Source: a virus (lineage: Duplodnaviria > Caudoviricetes). From it: a stretch of 64,000 bases of DNA. The stretch is taken from the IMG/VR virus record IMGVR_UViG_3300025575_000011, positions 20,151 through 84,150 of that record; one strand, written 5' to 3'. The notes under the pieces were generated by a model that saw only the letters and a list, made by a program, of their open reading frames with translations, did no database searches and was not told the origin of the DNA. This document shows positions 44,925-54,767 of the stretch, one piece after another. Made by a program: the position numbers and the translations under genes. How positions within the stretch are numbered: position 1 is the stretch's first letter; each line of letters starts with the position of its first letter.

Positions 44925-47393
44925 TTAATCATCCTCCTTGACAATATACTTATTAATCATCTCCATAAAATTATATTTATCAAGTATCTCTGTAATTATA
45001 TATTTACTACTCCTATGTGTTATTATCAATTGTGAGCGATTTAATATCTTCAATCCAACATAAGTACGAATGTTAATAGGTAAATTTGCGGATATTTCAA
45101 TAAAACCATACTCATTAACCGTTAGATTAATACTTGTTTGTATATTAATTGGTAAACTTGTAGAAATCTCAATAAAACCTTTTTCGTTAACTGTTAGGTT
45201 AACTGACGTTTGTATACTAATAGGAGCATTCGCAGATAATTCTAATACTGTTACTGCATTAATACTTATTCCAACAATTACAGGTATACTTATAGCAGAT
45301 ATCGCAGAAAGTTGAATAGCACCTCCTGTATTAATTGCTAAACTGATGGAGACTGGCATATTTAAGGTAGAATTTGTACTCATTTGCAATGGAGTTACAA
45401 TTGCTTCATTAATTGTTAAACCAATACTTATATCTGGAGAAATTGGTGCAAATGTGTCCAATTCTTTTAGATATCCAACCATATCAAAATTAATTTGTGT
45501 AATATCCGTGGGGACTATATGAGGAACTAATTCTATAGACGTTTCAATTATGTTGAATACGTGAATATCAACGTACATATTAGATGTTGATATAATATTC
45601 ATAGCCCCGCCCCATGGGACGTACATTGAAAAACTAACAGAACTTGTTGTAGTTGACTTGGTGGCTGTCCCTGCTATCTCCATAGGAAGCCTTGCAAGTG
45701 ATAGTCCATGGTAATCCATATACTGATAGGCTTTTTGACCCCCACCAGTACCTAAAGCCTTATTTCCATACTGGAAGGTAGATGTTAGCATTCCAGCAGG
45801 AGGATCTGTTGGTAGATCCGCTCTACGAGTTCTCACTATGATTCCATACTTATTACAAAATGCAACATAGTCTTCCCACGTTGCGGTAAATACAGCAGAA
45901 CCACTATCTCCGGAATCTCCCATTGGCATACCTACACCCTCAAAGTTCAACGTCGGAGTCGTTATCCAGTCTTGGAACTCTGGATCTTCATACGTATATG
46001 GATTAATAAACTCGTTGGCATAAAAGTACAAAGTATCTGTTGTATATATCATATTAGTAGTGACTTTGTAGTTACTGTCATTTACACTATAAGCTGTAAG
46101 ATATGATGCGTCTTGAACTATGCCGAAAGTAGTGCCTGTTGTTCGACCGGTCTTCATTAGAACCATACCTTCATAAAAAGGCCCATCATATAACCCTTGG
46201 TTCCTATACTGCCGCCCTACTTGAAAACCCCCTGCAAAGGTTGTGAAACGTGAAGGACTTTCTAAATTAATATCAGAGTTACAGTATGCACCCTCACCTA
46301 GGCCTAAACCATTAATAGCTGATGCATATATATATTCTAACTTTAAAGGTACGTCTGGATAGAATGTCACTAAAGCAGAGTCTAAACTTGGTGCACTTGT
46401 ATTCGTAATAGGGTACCAATCCGCAACATTACCCGTTATACACGCCTGGTCATAACCTGGGCCATCCTTCGCGGGCATTTCAACTGTCTCGCCTTCAATA
46501 TGGGCAATAATTTGAACTACCCCAGCTGGAATATCTGGAACATAGGCTTCTACTACAGCAATTAATTCAAACATATCCGCAAACGTAGTGGGATTAACTG
46601 GCTGTGTAGGGTCATGAGTATAAGTCCATGACTTAATTTTAGCCTTTACACCGTTAAACAGAATGTCACTGTCTCCACGATGATTTCCACCTACATGAAT
46701 CTTGACAAGAACTATTTCACCAGCTTTTGCAGACGTTGGACTTATAGAGTCAATATGAACTGTACCATTTGGTTGTCCATAGTCAGCGTGAGCATAGTAA
46801 TCTGTTCTCCACAGGCGATCCATTATAGGAGTGAAAGAGGATTCTAAGTGATACCTTCTCCACCTAAAATATAGGTGAGGATCATCTAGCATCCTGTCGT
46901 CAAAATCTATACCATCAAAAGGTACTCCTCCTGGTACTACTGTGAAGTCCACAGAGTTATTAGAGTTCTGACTCTTAAAGGTCTGATTAAAATAACCTAA
47001 AACGTGGTGATTAGAGTGGCCTACGTTCCTTTGTAAAGTGTTAGACCAAAAGAAAGCTCCTAATGTTCCTCCCCCACCCCAATAAGTACGGCACAGACTT
47101 CTTCCAGGAACTATTGGTCTCTGGTAAGTTAGTGAGATATTATAGTCAGGAGAGTTAGCTACTGCTGATTGGTTTGAATCGCTGCCAACGCACTCAACTC
47201 CGAATCCTTCTAGTTCCGTAGGTATAAGGAGTAGTGTCTCAGGAGTAATGTCATGTGCATACACAACTATGGTCTGATCGAATACTCTAATACCGATACT
47301 ATTAACGCCTTCGATAGTCATAATTCCAGCGGCGTACTTATCCTTGACGGCTACAATTTTGCCGTACAGTTCTTGAACTTCTTCGTTGGTCAT
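44925..47393 (-). CDS. large Nal1-like trypsin-family serine protease with IPT-like insert and C-terminal 24-aa repeats
   Basis: GGGTLG..SNHHVL (His), LDSALV (Asp), KTGRTTGTT, GDSGDSGSAV (Ser). Confidence 0.75.
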   Translation of the reverse strand: MTNEEVQELYGKIVAVKDKYAAGIMTIEGVNSIGIRVFDQTIVVYAHDITPETLLLIPTELEGFGVECVGSDSNQSAVANSPDYNISLTYQRPIVPGRSLCRTYWGGGGTLGAFFWSNTLQRNVGHSNHHVLGYFNQTFKSQNSNNSVDFTVVPGGVPFDGIDFDDRMLDDPHLYFRWRRYHLESSFTPIMDRLWRTDYYAHADYGQPNGTVHIDSISPTSAKAGEIVLVKIHVGGNHRGDSDILFNGVKAKIKSWTYTHDPTQPVNPTTFADMFELIAVVEAYVPDIPAGVVQIIAHIEGETVEMPAKDGPGYDQACITGNVADWYPITNTSAPSLDSALVTFYPDVPLKLEYIYASAINGLGLGEGAYCNSDINLESPSRFTTFAGGFQVGRQYRNQGLYDGPFYEGMVLMKTGRTTGTTFGIVQDASYLTAYSVNDSNYKVTTNMIYTTDTLYFYANEFINPYTYEDPEFQDWITTPTLNFEGVGMPMGDSGDSGSAVFTATWEDYVAFCNKYGIIVRTRRADLPTDPPAGMLTSTFQYGNKALGTGGGQKAYQYMDYHGLSLARLPMEIAGTATKSTTTSSVSFSMYVPWGGAMNIISTSNMYVDIHVFNIIETSIELVPHIVPTDITQINFDMVGYLKELDTFAPISPDISIGLTINEAIVTPLQMSTNSTLNMPVSISLAINTGGAIQLSAISAISIPVIVGISINAVTVLELSANAPISIQTSVNLTVNEKGFIEISTSLPINIQTSINLTVNEYGFIEISANLPINIRTYVGLKILNRSQLIITHRSSKYIITEILDKYNFMEMINKYIVKEDD

Positions 47394-47406
47394 TTAGATA
47401 ATCACC

Positions 47407-47625
47407 TCACCTCGCTTCTATGTCCACTTCCATATCCCCAACCACATCTACAGCTTTTGATTCAAAGTGATAACCCTTTGCAAGTCCTCTGATAATATAT
47501 ACACCAGGCTCGACATCGAAGGTAGCTTTACCATCTCGGGTAGTTTTCGTTTGGTTGCCGACTTGAACAACCCCTACAATACAGTTAATGGCGTGTGTTC
47601 TTTTCAGCTCTACTGTAACTATCAT
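47407..47625 (-). CDS. small Ig/carboxypeptidase-regulatory-like beta-sandwich protein
   Basis: TTRDGKATFDVEPGVYIIR..AKGY. Confidence 0.55.
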   Translation of the reverse strand: MIVTVELKRTHAINCIVGVVQVGNQTKTTRDGKATFDVEPGVYIIRGLAKGYHFESKAVDVVGDMEVDIEAR

Positions 47626-48731
47626 GAAGCTACCACATTAATAAAGGGCTGGCAAACAGAAGAATATATGCTACTGTCAACGTCTTTTTTATAACACATT
47701 AGATGATATATTCCTGAAGTATTTACTTGCACTTCATAATTACCTGAACTATCCGTAGTTGTTGTAAATACTTGTGTTCCATCATTAGATACCACTCGTA
47801 CAGTAGCACCAGTTACAGATACACCTCCAATCGCAACATTCCCCCTAAGTAAGAAATAGGATGGCAAGACTACCGATATTGTCAGTTGTAGGTTTGACGT
47901 TGAGTTCATAGGACTATTGCTAAATAGCACTGCTGTAAGATTAAATATAGTTACCAAAAATTGTGACGTTGACTGAGCAGTAGGTAAGCTAATACTCAAG
48001 GCTGAAATAAATCCTGCAAAAACTACATCTTTCACCGTACAATTAGACAAGATTATTACGTTAGTTAAGATCAGCCTTGGAGGTATTACATTAAAGCTAG
48101 CAGATACTGTAGAAATTGAAGCCATAGTTGCAGTTATGCTAACAGTTGATACGCCCGCATCAATCACTAATTTTGGGCCATCTGTTCCTGCTGCTGGGAG
48201 CCAGTAGTTCTGCCAACCATTAGCTTCTGTTGTAGTGTCTGAATACGCAACATATAGAGAATCAGAACTTATGCGAAATCCATTATTAACTAATGTCCCC
48301 GCAACCATTCTTGAGACAATATTCGTGATATCGAAACTTTCTATGCCACTTGTAGCCGTTCCAGTAGTATGGCTGGAGTAAGCAGTTGCTTCATTCGTAG
48401 GAAGGAGCGTACTTTTAATCGTTGTTTTATCCCACGCAGAGGTAACAGCTTTCACATTGAATTCTTTAGCCGTACCTGCATACCTTCTCTTAAAGCTCAA
48501 TATCGCGGAGTTCACAGTTCCAGTAATCCCCGCTAAGTTAAATTGAATATATAAAGCGTAGTCACAATGGCCTGGTATGAGGTCTCCAAATTCTGCATCT
48601 ATTGACGATTGGTTTTGCATGCCTATTACCATACCAGCACTTACTAAATTTGCAACCGCTCCACGAGTTTTCTCCACGACATTTATCTTATCTGTGCTTA
48701 TATTTACCATTTGCAAGGTTGTTACGCCCAT
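47622..48731 (-). CDS. DNRLRE/CBM96-like domain protein with C-terminal carboxypeptidase-regulatory-like domain
   Basis: YIQFNL..VNSAIL..VTSAWD..FDITNIV..NNGFRI; VSGATVRV..TTTDSSGNY. Confidence 0.65.
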   Translation of the reverse strand: MGVTTLQMVNISTDKINVVEKTRGAVANLVSAGMVIGMQNQSSIDAEFGDLIPGHCDYALYIQFNLAGITGTVNSAILSFKRRYAGTAKEFNVKAVTSAWDKTTIKSTLLPTNEATAYSSHTTGTATSGIESFDITNIVSRMVAGTLVNNGFRISSDSLYVAYSDTTTEANGWQNYWLPAAGTDGPKLVIDAGVSTVSITATMASISTVSASFNVIPPRLILTNVIILSNCTVKDVVFAGFISALSISLPTAQSTSQFLVTIFNLTAVLFSNSPMNSTSNLQLTISVVLPSYFLLRGNVAIGGVSVTGATVRVVSNDGTQVFTTTTDSSGNYEVQVNTSGIYHLMCYKKDVDSSIYSSVCQPFINVVAS

Positions 48732-48793
48732 TAAGATTTACCTCCCTTCTTAAAGGAATAAGGGCAAGATATCCACGGCTTGCCCTTAAATGA

Positions 48794-49228
48794 TTAGTCG
48801 AGTGAGATACTTAATCCACCAATAGGGATTCTTACTGGTTGTCCTGCCACTGGTTGAAGTTCTCCCCCTGCTGTGATGACAAACCACGCAAGCACTTTCC
48901 CTGTTGTCCCGCTCACGGCATCGACAATAGCGATCTGCGAAATCTTATTAGTACCTTGATCAATTACCCAGTTTCCAAAGTCAATAATTACAGAGTTTGA
49001 AACTGTTCCTGCTCCTGCAACTACAGTAGGCGTAGTCCATGCAATAGGTTTTCTAATATATCCTGTTCCTGCTGGAACTTCTACTGCCGCTGCCGCCGCT
49101 AGAGTCGTAGTGTCATCAATAGCAAATGCACCCGAAACTGGAGAGAGTAACATTACATAAGTACCTGTTGCTGGAAATACTGCTGTCAAAGCTAAAAGTT
49201 CACCTGCGTTTGAAATTTGTCCTGCCAT
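48794..49228 (-). CDS. tail fibre/appendage-associated structural protein
   Basis: EV..GTGYIRKPI..TVSNSVIIDF..IAIVDA..GKVLAW. Confidence 0.55.
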   Translation of the reverse strand: MAGQISNAGELLALTAVFPATGTYVMLLSPVSGAFAIDDTTTLAAAAAVEVPAGTGYIRKPIAWTTPTVVAGAGTVSNSVIIDFGNWVIDQGTNKISQIAIVDAVSGTTGKVLAWFVITAGGELQPVAGQPVRIPIGGLSISLD

Positions 49229-49275
49229 TTAAAAACACGCTCCTTTAAATTTAAATATTATTTATAATTAATTAT

Positions 49276-49626
49276 TTAACCGAATACTATTTGTCCTATT
49301 GCAATATTTGCATATTCTGTGACATCGCCAATTGGCATAGTTCCGGACGTAACAACAATAGGAAATAATCCCCATATATTATTAGATACATCTGTAAATT
49401 TTAAATGAGTAGGCGTTCCCCAACTTACTGTAGTGTCTGCCCATTTTTGTGGATTAGTGTTGTAGCGTTTCGCATTCCCATCTGCTACTCCAAGGGTTAT
49501 ACTTCCTTGTATGTACCCAGTTCCAATGATAACTGTTCCGTTAATATCACATAAATCGACTTTTAAAGAACTGGGGATTGCATTAACTTGTTGAGTTTTA
49601 GCATATATAGTCCAACCTTCAGCCAT
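49276..49626 (-). CDS. structural protein, distant relative of 48794..49228
   Basis: GTGY, WGTPTH, strong RBS. Confidence 0.45.
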   Translation of the reverse strand: MAEGWTIYAKTQQVNAIPSSLKVDLCDINGTVIIGTGYIQGSITLGVADGNAKRYNTNPQKWADTTVSWGTPTHLKFTDVSNNIWGLFPIVVTSGTMPIGDVTEYANIAIGQIVFG

Positions 49627-49955
49627 TTTATATAAACCTCCTTTATTATTTATTGTTTAATTAAATGAGAATTAATTTTTACATTGGCAACACCACCTTT
49701 GCCGATTAATTAAATTTAGGTATTGCAAAAGGAGTTATATTCCTATAACTCCTAAATATTACCTTCCATTTACTCACGCATACTTCCATATCCTCCGTTT
49801 CTCTAGCTCATAAATAGCATGAAATTTATATTTTAAAGGGATTGGATTATTTTATTTGATTTTGAAATCTAGGACACTAAAACCAGATACTTTTAATAAT
49901 TCAAAATACAAATCTATGCACAAATTTTGACATTATTATTTCCCCTTTGATATTG

Positions 49956-50627
49956 TTATTTGACTACTGATTCCACACTTTGTTTAATAATATCTGCGAC
50001 AGCATTTACAGCAGTCGCTTGTGCAATATCTGTGATTTGTAAAGCAATTTGTTGTTTAATATTCTCTTGGATTGCAGGGATGTTTAAAGTTTGCATAATT
50101 AGGGGGTCAGGTAAAATTTCTACTGAATTTTGATTTTCTTGGGTGATTTCTGTAAGTGGTTCGATTGTAGGTGTAGCAACGGTTTCAGGGTTTGATAAAA
50201 TTTCTGTGAATACAGGAAATTCATCATTTGACACTTCTAAGGCTGGTAAAACACTTTCATGTGTGATTGTTGAGGTATCAACATTTGCGTTGCTTACAGG
50301 GATGATTTGAGACACTTTTTGTACAATTAAATATGATTTTGCTTTGTTGTATAAGCTTGTTGCAAGTTCATCAAATGTTGATTCGGATATAAACATTCTC
50401 ACTCCTGCTGGAAGCAATTGATATCCTTTATCAAGCATAAATTGTAATTTTGCATCTCCCGTTTCAAGAGCTAACGATTCTGCCTCTTTTTCTAATCTAA
50501 GCATTAATGAAAGAATAATCTTTTTTGCATTTTCCCTTTGAAATAAACCATAAACTACAAATCCTAAAACTACTGTGATCAAACCCCAATAAGGGATCAG
50601 TAACGCGATAAAAAATTGGAAATCCAT
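49956..50627 (-). CDS. holin-like membrane protein with acidic tail
   Basis: N-terminal TM, MLRLEKEAE..GDAKL; downstream of the amidase. Confidence 0.5.
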   Translation of the reverse strand: MDFQFFIALLIPYWGLITVVLGFVVYGLFQRENAKKIILSLMLRLEKEAESLALETGDAKLQFMLDKGYQLLPAGVRMFISESTFDELATSLYNKAKSYLIVQKVSQIIPVSNANVDTSTITHESVLPALEVSNDEFPVFTEILSNPETVATPTIEPLTEITQENQNSVEILPDPLIMQTLNIPAIQENIKQQIALQITDIAQATAVNAVADIIKQSVESVVK

Positions 50628-50660
50628 TTTAAAACAACTCCTATATATTTTATTTATTAG

Positions 50661-51083
50661 TTATAAAGTAATAGTTAAGCCAAATTTTGAAGCTAAGAAA
50701 CCTACCAAACAAGCTCCTGCAATTCCAAGCACTTTGATAATGATATCTCTTTTATTATTGCTGTTATTTTTATTAACATCTGCATTTTGATTATTAGTAT
50801 TAATTACTAATGTGCTTAGTGTCCCAGCCATTGACGCTGTTGTTTGAAGATAGCTAGTTCTAAATTCTGTAACTATTTCTTTTACGTCAGTCATTTGTGT
50901 TTTAATGCTATTTAATTGTTCTTTAATAATGGCGTTATCAATTTGTAAGATCTGAATTTTCTCAGAATGTCCATCTAAAATTTTTGTGTGAAAGTCTAAA
51001 GCCTCCCTAATTTCTTCTTCGCTCATTCCCATGATCAATATTCCGCCACCTTCCATCTCCATAAACTTGACAGCCCCCTTCAA
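50661..51083 (-). CDS. XhlA/holin-like coiled-coil protein with C-terminal TM
   Basis: coiled coil followed by a hydrophobic C-terminus; lysis context. Confidence 0.55.
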   Translation of the reverse strand: MKGAVKFMEMEGGGILIMGMSEEEIREALDFHTKILDGHSEKIQILQIDNAIIKEQLNSIKTQMTDVKEIVTEFRTSYLQTTASMAGTLSTLVINTNNQNADVNKNNSNNKRDIIIKVLGIAGACLVGFLASKFGLTITL

Positions 51084-51137
51084 TTATGATATACTTTCTA
51101 TAGTAGTCTATCTTGTTTTAGAAGATGGACTAGGTTC

Positions 51138-51168
51138 AGAAGAAACAGAGGGCAAATCTGTTTCTTCT
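51138..51168. terminator. hairpin after the endolysin
   Basis: AGAAGAAACAGA/TCTGTTTCTTCT. Confidence 0.65.
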
Positions 51169-51191
51169 ATTTTGATTGATTATCTTTTTTC

Positions 51192-52262
51192 TTAGATTCC
51201 CGCCATGTACTTTGAATAACCACTTTTAGAATTTAATCCCTTGTCAGTGTTGTAAACTAAATGAACCATTCCATTTTTCTTATATAATGGGGTGGCTTTT
51301 TCATAAGGAGAGAGAGAACCTAATTTCCCACCATTCTCATCATAAATAACCTCAAGAGTCGATCCATTATGCCATGCATTTTGATTAAAATAGACAATAT
51401 TATTTGATACTGGGATATAGCCACTTCGAGTACCATTTGAAGTGGCGTATTCAACTAAACAAAGACCACGCGAATAACTTACATCCAAAACCGTGATAAT
51501 GTCATTTGCGGATACATATCTATTAGGGATAACTGAACCGTTCGCATCTCGAATAAGCATTTGAGAAATGCATTTGGCATTATTAGGATATGAGAAATTT
51601 AAAGGTTGAGAAACTGGTACAGGAGTTACAATAGGAATAGTTCCTCCACGAGAAGGTTCAACAATTGGAGCAGGAAAAACAACAGGAGTAACCACGCCAT
51701 TAAATACTACCCCAAAATAAGTACAAACAGATTTGGCAATGATTACAGCTATTTGTTGTCTTACATTTGGGTCTGCTAATTTAGCATTATCTCCTTGATT
51801 ATCTAAGAATGCAGTTTCTAATAATACTGCTGGCATATTGGTTTCCCTGATAACTTGGAAATTTGACACCTTAATCCCACGATTATAAAATAATTGACCC
51901 ATCTGAGAATTTAAAATTTTAGCAAACGTCTCTGCTTTTCCTCCTAATCCATAAACATGCGCAGATGTTCCATATGCAGAACCATTGAATGCGTCTGCGT
52001 GTACAGATAAGAATAAGTCAGCATTTGCATTATTAGCTATATTGCATCTAGTATTTAATGAAGCATTTAAAGAAGACCCATCTCCATTAACTTTTGCACC
52101 ATCACGAGTCATAATAACTCTTATACTATTTGATTCAATTAATGGTTTTGCACGTTTGCAAATATCTAATACAATATCTTCTTCATGCGAACCAAAACCT
52201 GAGCATCCTGTATCTGCATATGGATAATTTTGATGTCCTGGGTCTAAAACTAGAATTTTCAT
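51192..52262 (-). CDS. endolysin, N-acetylmuramoyl-L-alanine amidase (Amidase_3) with cell-wall-binding C-terminus
   Basis: LDPGH, SVHADA, PAVLLETAFLDN; C-terminus WHNGST..GSLSPYEKATPLY resembles clostridial lysins. Confidence 0.93.
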   Translation of the reverse strand: MKILVLDPGHQNYPYADTGCSGFGSHEEDIVLDICKRAKPLIESNSIRVIMTRDGAKVNGDGSSLNASLNTRCNIANNANADLFLSVHADAFNGSAYGTSAHVYGLGGKAETFAKILNSQMGQLFYNRGIKVSNFQVIRETNMPAVLLETAFLDNQGDNAKLADPNVRQQIAVIIAKSVCTYFGVVFNGVVTPVVFPAPIVEPSRGGTIPIVTPVPVSQPLNFSYPNNAKCISQMLIRDANGSVIPNRYVSANDIITVLDVSYSRGLCLVEYATSNGTRSGYIPVSNNIVYFNQNAWHNGSTLEVIYDENGGKLGSLSPYEKATPLYKKNGMVHLVYNTDKGLNSKSGYSKYMAGI

Positions 52263-53744
52263 TTATTTAACCTCCGTATTGTTTATTATATATTCGTCAT
52301 AATACATCCAAGTTAACTTCTCGCTAGTCTCGGGATGTTTCCCAGCATATTTTTTTACATTCGTACAACAAGCAGATATACTACTAGCACTTTTTAAATT
52401 ATATTGTTTTGTTGCATTAATTATGGAATTAAATATTTCCCCTGTAGTTAAACAAATTATTTTTTTATTATTTTTAATATTACTTTCTTTTTTGGAGTCG
52501 TAATCACACCAATCCAATTTAGCACCTTGTTTCAAATATTTTACAGCCGTAGTTCTATCTATTTTTAATTCCAATGCTATTTTATTTGTGTTATTAATTC
52601 CATTTTTCCATAAATTACATGCAACATTAACTAGACTAGAACAAGAAATTTCATGACATTTTAGCCAGTCTATATCTGATTCTTTAAAGTTTAAAAGAGT
52701 AGGTAGCTCGCTTTTCATTATGCTAGTTTTAATCCACTCTAAATTAGAAATTCTACAATCTATAACTATATAATTTTTAATACCATTCTCTTTAGCAAGC
52801 TGTTCTTTATTTTTGTCATTCTCTTGGGTTTTCTTTAATGAATCCCAATTCCCATTAGGTTCTATGTAATGCTGTTCCCCGTGAGTTTCAATGACACAAT
52901 ATATATTATTTATGTAGAAATCATATTTATAGTTACTACACCAATCAAAGCTAGTTTTAGTTAATTGTGTTTTGAAATTTGATTTTAGTTGCTCTAAAAA
53001 ATTAAATGTAAATTTCTCTGGGTAGCTTATTCCATCTCCACATCTAGAACAATTAAAATGACTTAATACAAAATCGTAAATTGATTTTTCTTTTTCATAA
53101 CCACATTCAGGACATTTAGTAAGAATTTTTTTATTTGACCCTTTTGAAAATTTGTATGCATCATCTTTATTAGCTAAATATTTTACTATTTCAGGGTGCG
53201 TTATTGATAATGAATTACATTGGTTGCAGTCAATACTTCTATTATAACCTTTTGTAAAACTTGCAATGTTCTTTTGCTCTGATTCATGTTCTGGATGTTC
53301 TAAACATTTAAACCAATAACCTTTTCTATTAAACCCCTCCGAGCCAAGTCCTATGTTTTTAGGGTTTATAACTTCGCCATTTTTATCAATATTTAAATTA
53401 AAATCCCAACGAAGCATTATTATATCTGCTATTTCTTTGGGAAGATTGGCATAGCACCATTCATAAAATGATACCCATTTTTTATAACCATTACGAGCAC
53501 ATTTTTGGCAATAGTATTCTCCGTTTTCCTGCGCACATCTTTTATAATCATTCCATATAATGTTTTTTAATTCTTTTCTGCAACCATCACATTGAATATT
53601 TACCAGTATATTAGAACCATCGGATAGATCTTTTACATTTACCTCAAATTCGTTACCTATCTTAGTAAACAGATACCCCTTATTTATATACCATGTTTTG
53701 TTTCTTATTTGCCATTTTATAATTATACTTTTGGTTTCCAACAT
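52263..53744 (-). CDS. free-standing Zn-ribbon / Vsr-like endonuclease (paralog of 24319..25776)
   Basis: YDFYI..VIETHGEQHY, CxxC ribbons, IICLTTGEIF; likely start 53744. Confidence 0.7.
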   Translation of the reverse strand: MLETKSIIIKWQIRNKTWYINKGYLFTKIGNEFEVNVKDLSDGSNILVNIQCDGCRKELKNIIWNDYKRCAQENGEYYCQKCARNGYKKWVSFYEWCYANLPKEIADIIMLRWDFNLNIDKNGEVINPKNIGLGSEGFNRKGYWFKCLEHPEHESEQKNIASFTKGYNRSIDCNQCNSLSITHPEIVKYLANKDDAYKFSKGSNKKILTKCPECGYEKEKSIYDFVLSHFNCSRCGDGISYPEKFTFNFLEQLKSNFKTQLTKTSFDWCSNYKYDFYINNIYCVIETHGEQHYIEPNGNWDSLKKTQENDKNKEQLAKENGIKNYIVIDCRISNLEWIKTSIMKSELPTLLNFKESDIDWLKCHEISCSSLVNVACNLWKNGINNTNKIALELKIDRTTAVKYLKQGAKLDWCDYDSKKESNIKNNKKIICLTTGEIFNSIINATKQYNLKSASSISACCTNVKKYAGKHPETSEKLTWMYYDEYIINNTEVK

Positions 53745-53780
53745 ATTTAAACAACTCCTCATTAAATAACCGTTTGTATT

Positions 53781-53996
53781 TCACTCAGTAATTAATTTAC
53801 CTGCCATATAGTTCATAATTTTTTCTTGCAGTTCCTTACTGTCATTAAAAATAAACACTTTTCTTCGAGACTTTGTATCTGATTTAAGATGACGTAAGAC
53901 AAAACCGTTCATCATTAGAAATCCTGCCATCCTTAAAGAATAACAATTGTAATCTGGGTTCATTAAAACCATTCCTTTTTTCCTTAAATTGGGCAA
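53781..53996 (-). CDS. DUF5659-like small phage protein
   Basis: YSLRMAGFLMMNGF...KVFIFNDS.EL. Confidence 0.6.
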   Translation of the reverse strand: MPNLRKKGMVLMNPDYNCYSLRMAGFLMMNGFVLRHLKSDTKSRRKVFIFNDSKELQEKIMNYMAGKLITE

Positions 53997-54041
53997 ATAA
54001 AAAAGAGGTATAAGAACCTCTTTTTTAACAAGAATGTTATA

Positions 54042-54767
54042 TTATCTCAACGTCCAAGCATCAGAGCTATATTTTGTGAAGTAATTGTACGGAAGCAAAA
54101 AATAGCCCTCGATTCCCCAGTCTTTTGACCAAGAATTCCTACAAATTAACATCTTTATCGAATCATCATACCCTACACAGCAGACAGCGTGACCTCCAAG
54201 ATTCTTTTCCGCACGTTTTGGTAAAGGGATAATCCCAGTCTTAGAAACCGTGTCACTCTCAAAACTCTCGAAAACACTAATGCCCAATACAACCAAATAA
54301 TTTTCAGCAATACTCCTCTTTAAATCCTTTAAACTAGTTATTCTCTGATAAGAAACAGAACGATAACTACCTGCATCAATATTAGCTTGAGCAGAAGGTG
54401 CTTCTGTAAATTTACTAATATCATAAACACAATCTGATTCAGGACATACACCATTTTTCACAGCTATTTTTATTCCATCACGCAGACTAGCCCCTGCATC
54501 TATATTTATTGAATTCTCCAACTCGCGTTCCTTGTAATATAAATACAAACGTGAAAGAGGAATAAATTTATTAACTTTTAACAAGTTAAATTCCATCGAA
54601 CCTGAGACAATAGCATTCGCTGTGCAAGATCCTAGTTGCCCCTGATCAACAATAGGAGAACATAAACTTCTCAAATCAACCTTCGTAGGTAATTTAATAG
54701 GTGGTCTTGCAAATAAATGGTCATTGACATCAACCTTATCTTTTTTTAATAAATATTTTCTTGTCAT
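54042..54767 (-). CDS. papain-like C1 cysteine peptidase
   Basis: DQGQLGSCTANA (Cys), GGHAV (His), CRNSWSKDWG (Asn). Confidence 0.92.
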   Translation of the reverse strand: MTRKYLLKKDKVDVNDHLFARPPIKLPTKVDLRSLCSPIVDQGQLGSCTANAIVSGSMEFNLLKVNKFIPLSRLYLYYKERELENSINIDAGASLRDGIKIAVKNGVCPESDCVYDISKFTEAPSAQANIDAGSYRSVSYQRITSLKDLKRSIAENYLVVLGISVFESFESDTVSKTGIIPLPKRAEKNLGGHAVCCVGYDDSIKMLICRNSWSKDWGIEGYFLLPYNYFTKYSSDAWTLR

